A stretch of 58,883 bases of DNA from assembly GCA_002720535.1 (NCBI GenBank), contig PBIU01000009.1, positions 1 to 58,883 of the forward strand. The letters run 5' to 3'. Shown here in pieces: positions 53,060 through 58,883 of this stretch. The notes beneath the pieces were generated by a model that saw only the letters and a list, made by a program, of their open reading frames with translations, had not been told where the DNA came from and ran no database searches. The position numbers and the translations under genes are program-made. Within the stretch, counting starts at the first letter, position 1; every line of letters starts with the position of its first letter. This stretch comes from Candidatus Pelagibacterales bacterium. Its GTDB lineage: Bacteria > Pseudomonadota > Alphaproteobacteria > TMED109.

Positions 53060-54105
53060 TAACCCAAGGGACCCACCAAGTTTCCTGATTTTACTATAGT
53101 CATATCATCAATACTGATATCACAATTTCTCATTGGAAGGTCAAAGTGACAAGTCGTATATCTTTTAGCAAACTCATTTGCTCCTGTTGATATCAAAAAA
53201 TTGCCAGCAAATGCTCTTAATTCAGTACAGTTTACATCTTGCTTATCATACATTGTTAATGCATCCCATCTTGCATTAGGGTTTAGCCCCCAGCCCACAT
53301 GAGAAATAGCATATGCATTAGGATCCTTCCATCCTTCATAATAAGATCTCATTAATTTTGCATCTAACCCGTCACCCTCAATATTAGTTACAAAATCATT
53401 CTCAATAGATAAAATAACAGGACTTTCGATATATTTTTTAAAAGTTAAATTAACATCGCCAGTATTCAGTACTACTTTGCCATTAACCGTATTCTTCAGA
53501 GGAAAAAATAATGCTAAACCGGCAGGCCAATATGCTACTTTTTCTCCTGGTGTCAAATAACCTGCTCCAGCTCTAGCAGGAGCTCCATTAATATTTACTG
53601 TAAGATTTGTTCCAGCATCAGAACTAACTTTCATAATTTTAGACGTTTTTAACATATCTAAACTTGATAGAACCTTAGGAGTTAAACTTTCATCAGGCAT
53701 ACATCTTTCTAATACTTCAGGATGTTCATTAGATATCATTAAAAGACGCCCACCTCCTTTAATAATAGTTTGAAGTTCCTTTGAATGGAGCATACCTTCT
53801 ACAGTACAATCAATAATTAAATCACATGAACTTAATGCAGGCAAAATAGCATCATATCCTTCAAAAGAATAACAAGAACCAGTTGACCTAACTGGAATAG
53901 TGTCTTTTAATTTTGGAGTTGGTACATTAAATTGAATTGGCTTTGCTCCAATCCTTAATAATGCATGCATAGACAAATCTATTAAGACTTTTCTAGATTG
54001 AGTTTCAGAAATAATTGCTACTGTATTATTTTTATTAACACCGCTTAATAAAAAACTTTTTTCAAAACAATCTATCCATTTTGATTCTAAGTTCTCTTTT
54101 AACAT
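53059..54105 (-). CDS. 2,5-dihydroxypyridine 5,6-dioxygenase (NicX)-like, M29-aminopeptidase-fold Fe(II) enzyme
   Basis: 348 aa. The C-terminal AISHVGWGLNP...RAFAGNFLISTGAN...TTCHFDLPMRNCDISIDD closely parallels my recollection of P. putida NicX (GISHIGWGL...CHLDIPLRNCDIYLDD), including the His/His/Asp metal ligands. Confidence 0.7.
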   Translation of the reverse strand: MLKENLESKWIDCFEKSFLLSGVNKNNTVAIISETQSRKVLIDLSMHALLRIGAKPIQFNVPTPKLKDTIPVRSTGSCYSFEGYDAILPALSSCDLIIDCTVEGMLHSKELQTIIKGGGRLLMISNEHPEVLERCMPDESLTPKVLSSLDMLKTSKIMKVSSDAGTNLTVNINGAPARAGAGYLTPGEKVAYWPAGLALFFPLKNTVNGKVVLNTGDVNLTFKKYIESPVILSIENDFVTNIEGDGLDAKLMRSYYEGWKDPNAYAISHVGWGLNPNARWDALTMYDKQDVNCTELRAFAGNFLISTGANEFAKRYTTCHFDLPMRNCDISIDDMTIVKSGNLVGPLG

Positions 54106-54209
54106 ATTAAAAACCCTTAAATATCATAAAATTAATACTATATATTGAATAATATATTTTACAAATTTAATACTGTTTTGAAATTATTCTGTAAATTACA
54201 GAATTACGT

Positions 54210-54944
54210 TTATAACTTATCTTTTGCTGCTTTTAAAAGCGGTTTAATAACTTTATTTTTAAGGTCTATACCAACTCCACATTTACACCCTGGGCATTCT
54301 ACGCAAGCATCTAACCCTAAATCTATTGCTTTATTCAAAGCAATATTTTTTCCCTGATCTGAGGTCAGTGGGTCATTTCGAAGTCTTTCTAGCTTCAGTA
54401 AGGAAAACGGATTTCCGTGGATATACCCTTCTGAAGCATTTGGTAAATTATTATCATTATATTTTGGTAATTTATCTGCAAAATTTCTCATATGCATGGG
54501 GCATTTATCTAAACAAGCATAACATTCTATACAAGACGTTAAGTCATGATAAACTTCTGGTGCGTCAACATTTAAATCATTTCCTTGAGCTGATGTTTTT
54601 AATCCACGCATCTGTCTTGCAATACCATCTCTTCTTACGACTAAATCACTTAATACTGGTAATGTAGCAATTGCACTAAGTTTATCACCATCTTTCACTC
54701 TTGCTCTACACGCCACTCTAGGCCTATCATTAATATCAATAGTACATACTCCACAATTTCTTGCTCGACATCCATAACGAAATGCTAAATCTGGAATAAC
54801 TTCTGATTGTGCCTGCATTAAAACATCTAAAGCCATAGGCTTTTCTTTTTCTGCCCTCTTATTATAAGTAAAAGCTACTGTTGTTTCTTTACCATCTCTT
54901 ACTGTAACAATATTGACATTTAATGAATTAGTATTTTTTGTCAT
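54210..54944 (-). CDS. SdhB/FrdB-like iron-sulfur protein (2Fe-2S plus 4Fe-4S dicluster)
   Basis: 244 aa. CRARNCGVCTIDINDRPRVAC, CIECYACLDKCP, CVECPGCKCG. Overlaps the upstream flavoprotein gene by 4 nt. Confidence 0.8.
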   Translation of the reverse strand: MTKNTNSLNVNIVTVRDGKETTVAFTYNKRAEKEKPMALDVLMQAQSEVIPDLAFRYGCRARNCGVCTIDINDRPRVACRARVKDGDKLSAIATLPVLSDLVVRRDGIARQMRGLKTSAQGNDLNVDAPEVYHDLTSCIECYACLDKCPMHMRNFADKLPKYNDNNLPNASEGYIHGNPFSLLKLERLRNDPLTSDQGKNIALNKAIDLGLDACVECPGCKCGVGIDLKNKVIKPLLKAAKDKL

Positions 54945-56896
54945 ACTGAAGTTGTTTCCCCTATAGCTCCTTCAGTTCCACCTGGCATAATTTCTGGAGC
55001 TTTGCCGCTTGCTGACATGATATCTTTATATTTTTTTTCTAATTTTTTATCTTTTATATTTTTAGGAAGCATAGATAAAAACCTTGCTTCTAATAATCTC
55101 TTTTTTTCAAGAATTTTATAATAAATTAAGTTCTTAAGTGGAGTTCTGGTTCTATTTAACTTTTTTACCAAATAAGTATTATTATTTTTATGAACTACAG
55201 TTGAATAAGGTCTTGAAAATATTGATATATTTTTTGCATCTAACCTAACATGGCCGCCAATACTTCCATTTCGCTCTTTTGCAGCTAATCCAATTAATTT
55301 TGCAGAACATATCATATTTTTCAATTCCACAAAATCCATAAAAGCTTGATTCCAAATAAAATAATTAGGTATTGATATATTATTAAGTTTTGTCTCAATT
55401 TCCTTTATTTTATCTTCCATCTCCTTTATGCCTTTAGCAGTTCTAACAGGGCCAATTTTTTTCCAACTTTCTTTTTGAATATCATCACGTAGAATATTTG
55501 ATGCAATGGAACCTTTTTGACCGAATAAACTAGAATATTCATTAATATATGACTCAAATAGCTTTTTATTAACTTTAAATGAATTATTTAATGAATATTT
55601 TGCAGCAGCTGCTCCTGCCCTACTGCCAAACACAGCTAATTCGGTTAAAGATGTAGACCCCAGCCTATTTGCACCAAACAATCCTCCCATAGCTTGTCCA
55701 GCTGCAAACAAACCACTTATTCCGTGTTTTACAGAACCTTCATCATCTCCGCCTACACTGGCACCATCATCATTGACCCTTATTCCTCCCATCATATAAT
55801 GAGCTCCGGGCCTAACTTCCCAAGCAACTTCTACTTTTGCAGCCTCTTTACCTAGAGCTTGCCTCGCATTTATATAAGCCGTAGGTAAGCTATCCTGTAA
55901 ATATTTCATAAAATAAGGGCCTGATTTTGGAAGTTCTTTATTTGCAGTCATATCTAAAAATGCCCCTCCATTTGGACTTCCCCGTCCATCCTCTACAGCC
56001 CTCATTATTGCTTCCGAACAGGCAGCTCTAGTCCTTAAATGCACTCCATTTAATATAATCTTTCCATTTTTATCTCTTAAAACACCTAAATAACTTGCTG
56101 TTGAAGGTTCTCCAGCAAGTAAACCTTCATATGAAGGAGGTGAAGCTAAACAAAAAGGTAAAAATTGAAGTTGTTCCATATCCACTAAATCTGCTCCAGC
56201 TCTAAGAGCTATTGCATAACTATCTCCAGTATTTCCTCTCATAGTATCAGTTTTTGGGAAAAATAAAGTAGATAAACCTCCAGATGCTATTATTACCGAA
56301 GGTGAATTTATTGCTAATAAAACTCCTTTACTAGCATCATATATTAGACCTCCAATTATTACAGGATTAGTACTTTTATTATTTCTATCAACAACTAAGT
56401 CCAGGAACCATGCATCTTCAAGATAATCAATATTCTTTTCTTTTATAATTGCATCCCAATTCGCATGACCAAAAGCTACTCCGTGATTTTCATGGCCTAC
56501 AGATCTATTTCTATTATGTCCACCCATTGCCAAAGGAAGTGATTGTGGACGATTTTTAGATTTATTTATTGATGGTCTTAGTCCATGCTCACGATATTTA
56601 TCATAAGCTTCTTTAGAATATTTTGAAAATGTATCAGTAAGCTTTTTTATTGGTAAGTCACCTCCAGCTAATTTAATATTTTCTGACAATACTTCTTCAA
56701 TATCATCATCAGAACCGGATTCCCTAACTGTAGCTAAACCTTCTGAAATTTTTGTATCAGATGCTCCTAAAGGATCTTTGGAAACTAATAAAACACTTGC
56801 ACCTAATTCTGCAGCTGCAGAAGCAGCTTGTGCTCCAGCTCCACCAGAACCTACTACAATAACATCATAACTAAGCCATTCAGTTTCTATAGTCAT
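54941..56896 (-). CDS. Succinate dehydrogenase/fumarate reductase-type FAD flavoprotein (soluble; no membrane-anchor genes nearby)
   Basis: 651 aa. DVIVVGSGGAGAQAASAAAELG, HYMMGGIRVN, GLFAAGQAMGGLFGANRLGSTSL. Confidence 0.85.
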   Translation of the reverse strand: MTIETEWLSYDVIVVGSGGAGAQAASAAAELGASVLLVSKDPLGASDTKISEGLATVRESGSDDDIEEVLSENIKLAGGDLPIKKLTDTFSKYSKEAYDKYREHGLRPSINKSKNRPQSLPLAMGGHNRNRSVGHENHGVAFGHANWDAIIKEKNIDYLEDAWFLDLVVDRNNKSTNPVIIGGLIYDASKGVLLAINSPSVIIASGGLSTLFFPKTDTMRGNTGDSYAIALRAGADLVDMEQLQFLPFCLASPPSYEGLLAGEPSTASYLGVLRDKNGKIILNGVHLRTRAACSEAIMRAVEDGRGSPNGGAFLDMTANKELPKSGPYFMKYLQDSLPTAYINARQALGKEAAKVEVAWEVRPGAHYMMGGIRVNDDGASVGGDDEGSVKHGISGLFAAGQAMGGLFGANRLGSTSLTELAVFGSRAGAAAAKYSLNNSFKVNKKLFESYINEYSSLFGQKGSIASNILRDDIQKESWKKIGPVRTAKGIKEMEDKIKEIETKLNNISIPNYFIWNQAFMDFVELKNMICSAKLIGLAAKERNGSIGGHVRLDAKNISIFSRPYSTVVHKNNNTYLVKKLNRTRTPLKNLIYYKILEKKRLLEARFLSMLPKNIKDKKLEKKYKDIMSASGKAPEIMPGGTEGAIGETTSV

Positions 56897-57012
56897 AGTA
56901 CCTCCAAAAAAGATAAAAATAGTCTACATCTAAGCAAAATTTTGTCTAGAGTATTATAAATCTATTAATATAAAAAAATTTACATTTCAATTTGTATGAC
57001 TTAGTTTGAATT

Positions 57013-57405
57013 ATGAAAAATATTAAAAAATATAAAATTCCATCTATCCAGGCAGTAGCTATGCCAGCAGATACTAACCCTTCCGGAGATATATTTGGAG
57101 GCTGGGTTTTAAGTCAAATGGACTTAGCAGGAAGTGTTCTTGCTCGTCAAATTACAAAAAAAAGAGTGACGACAGTAGCTGTTGATAAAATGAGATTTCA
57201 TAAACCAATTATGGTAGGAGATATAGTAAGCTTTTATACAGAGGTTAATAAAATAGGAACCACCTCTATAACTATTGATATTACAACAATGGTAACTAGA
57301 AAAAATAATATATTAGGCAAAGACCAAGCCATAATGGTAACGGAAGGAAAATTTGTTTATGTAAGCATAGACACCAAAGGAAAACCTATAAAAATCAAAA
57401 TTTAA
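57013..57405 (+). CDS. Hotdog-fold acyl-CoA thioesterase (YciA-like)
   Basis: 130 aa. MPADTNPSGDIFGGWVLSQMDLAG is typical of YciA/Acot-type thioesterases. Confidence 0.8.
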   Translation: MKNIKKYKIPSIQAVAMPADTNPSGDIFGGWVLSQMDLAGSVLARQITKKRVTTVAVDKMRFHKPIMVGDIVSFYTEVNKIGTTSITIDITTMVTRKNNILGKDQAIMVTEGKFVYVSIDTKGKPIKIKI

Positions 57406-58682
57406 CTAAGCATATCTTCCCAAATATTTGTAGCCCAATCCCAGGCGTTATCTTTTATAATTGAAGATCTAGCTGGAGATAATCCAGAAGCACCAGGAAT
57501 ACTTTTAATTTTATTCTCATCTAAGTTGTAATCATATACAGCACTAACTGATATACCTTCTTCATTAGAAACTAAGCTATAACATGTATTAATTAAGGAA
57601 GGAGAAACTTTCTCTAAATCAAATAATTCTGCAACTACTGCTAACCCACATACTTTGCCCATTGAATTTGCTATATACCCAGATTTTGGAACTCTTCCCA
57701 CATTAGATTGCGAGGTAGCATCGCCTACAATAAATATATTATCCAATATAGAAGAACTAAAATCATAAGAATTAACTGCAGCCCAATTAGCACCTTTATT
57801 TATTAGACCAACTTCTTTTAAAAAATTAGGTGCTTTCTGAGAAGGTATTAAGTTAGCCACATCACACTTAATATTCTCAAAATCTGTCATAAATGTTGAA
57901 GAGTTTTTATCTACTCCTACTACACCAGAATTAGGCCTATATTCTATTATATCAGCATACAAGTCTTCCCAGGCTTCCAGAAATAACCCGCCTTTTGAAA
58001 CAATTTTTTGATTAGAATCTAATATTATAAGTTTTGTATTCTTTTTATTACTTTTTAGATAAGAAGCAATTAATGAAGCTCTTTCATAAGGACCAGGAGG
58101 ACATCTATAGGGACCCAAAGGAATAGAGATAGCTACTACACCACCATTAGGAAGGTTTTTAATTTTATTTGAGAGCAATATGGTTTCTTCACCAGCTTTC
58201 CAAGCAGCCGGGAAATCTTGTATATAATTTTCATTCCAATTTTCTATTGTTGAATAATCTAACTGAACACCTGGGGAAAGAATTAATTTATCATAGATTA
58301 TGTTTTGTTTATCTGTAATTATAATTTTTTTATCTGGATCTATATTTATTGCAGTTTCATGAATAAATTTAATACCGTAATTATTCTTTAGTGCCTCAAA
58401 ATTAAAAGTGATATCATCCATACTTTTTAACTGACCTATTACCCAGTTAGACATAGGACAAGATACAAATTTTTTGTTTGGATCTATAATAATTACTTCC
58501 ACTTGGGGGCTAATTCTTTTTATAGTTTTAGCAGCACTTAATCCTCCCCAGCCAGCACCAACAATCACTACCTTTCCAGCATTTTTAGCATTAGAAGAAG
58601 CAACTTCTATAAAAGGCAGAAAAGATGATAATAAACTAAAATTCCTCATTTTTTTTAGTAAATTACGTCTATTCATTATCAT
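57402..58682 (-). CDS. Flavocytochrome-c sulfide dehydrogenase flavoprotein subunit (FccB/SoxF-like), Tat-exported
   Basis: 426 aa. Twin-arginine NRRNLLK, VVIVGAGWGGLSAAK, FCSD-type C-terminal domain. Confidence 0.8.
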   Translation of the reverse strand: MIMNRRNLLKKMRNFSLLSSFLPFIEVASSNAKNAGKVVIVGAGWGGLSAAKTIKRISPQVEVIIIDPNKKFVSCPMSNWVIGQLKSMDDITFNFEALKNNYGIKFIHETAINIDPDKKIIITDKQNIIYDKLILSPGVQLDYSTIENWNENYIQDFPAAWKAGEETILLSNKIKNLPNGGVVAISIPLGPYRCPPGPYERASLIASYLKSNKKNTKLIILDSNQKIVSKGGLFLEAWEDLYADIIEYRPNSGVVGVDKNSSTFMTDFENIKCDVANLIPSQKAPNFLKEVGLINKGANWAAVNSYDFSSSILDNIFIVGDATSQSNVGRVPKSGYIANSMGKVCGLAVVAELFDLEKVSPSLINTCYSLVSNEEGISVSAVYDYNLDENKIKSIPGASGLSPARSSIIKDNAWDWATNIWEDMLS

Positions 58683-58883
58683 TGTACCCTAAAGAAAAAT
58701 AATAAGATAATATCCTTAATTGTTGCTCACTATACGCTTTAGAAATTATCTGCATTAAATAATTTTTTCGTTTATCTAATTTATAATCTAATAATGAATT
58801 ATAAATATAATCTTCACTCAAACCATATAAACTAGGTATTGTTAAATCTGAACTTTTTCCATGACAACCTAAACATGGCAATG
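58669..58883 (-). CDS. c-type cytochrome subunit (FccA/SoxE-like), C-terminal part; 5' end lies beyond the window
   Basis: Haem motif CLGCH right at the window edge. The frame is open to the last base. Overlaps the fccB-like start by 14 nt. Confidence 0.6.
   Translation of the reverse strand, partial: LPCLGCHGKSSDLTIPSLYGLSEDYIYNSLLDYKLDKRKNYLMQIISKAYSEQQLRILSYYFSLGYNDNE

Noticed and set aside
54145-54667. Plus-strand ORFs 54145-54357 and 54326-54667.
   Set aside because: Both are antisense to the SdhB-like Fe-S gene, whose Cys-cluster motifs are unambiguous. They have no SD and implausible composition.

Overview
This is a 58.9-kb, strongly AT-rich, gene-dense bacterial chromosomal segment. 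The gene content (glmU-glmS, gph, htpG, many TauD/SDR/cupin/GST-type small-molecule catabolic genes) and the spacers of only a few bp suggest a streamlined marine alphaproteobacterium of the SAR11/Pelagibacterales type; this is inference only. The core is interrupted at a tRNA-Asn(GUU) gene (28925-28999) by a ~10.3-kb accessory island. The island is bounded by a 56-bp direct repeat of the tRNA 3' half (28949-29004 / 39252-39307). It is followed by a ~0.5-kb decayed remnant that ends in a tRNA-Asn pseudo-fragment (39773-39843). The island has no recognisable recombinase. It contains: (1) a 0.7-kb structured non-coding leader with a 31-bp perfect inverted repeat; (2) GTGGCCAA motif arrays present at both island ends; (3) a tandem DUF5710-like gene split by a -1 frameshift at an A9 tract; (4) a block of unrecognisable exported proteins, lipoproteins and small membrane peptides; (5) as terminal gene, a 1,522-aa fusion of a DUF4011-like region, an SF1 helicase, a Vsr/DUF559-type nuclease and two zinc ribbons. 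That fusion is my top candidate for a novel anti-phage system, Hhe/Nhi-like but divergent. Secondary points in the core are an SDR/kinase/acyl-CoA-dehydrogenase trio resembling LvaD/LvaA/LvaC, a 2,5-dihydroxypyridine ring-cleavage gene set co-oriented with a soluble SdhAB-like pair, and a flavocytochrome-c sulfide dehydrogenase pair at the right edge. All functional calls come from reading the translations by eye; no database search was run.
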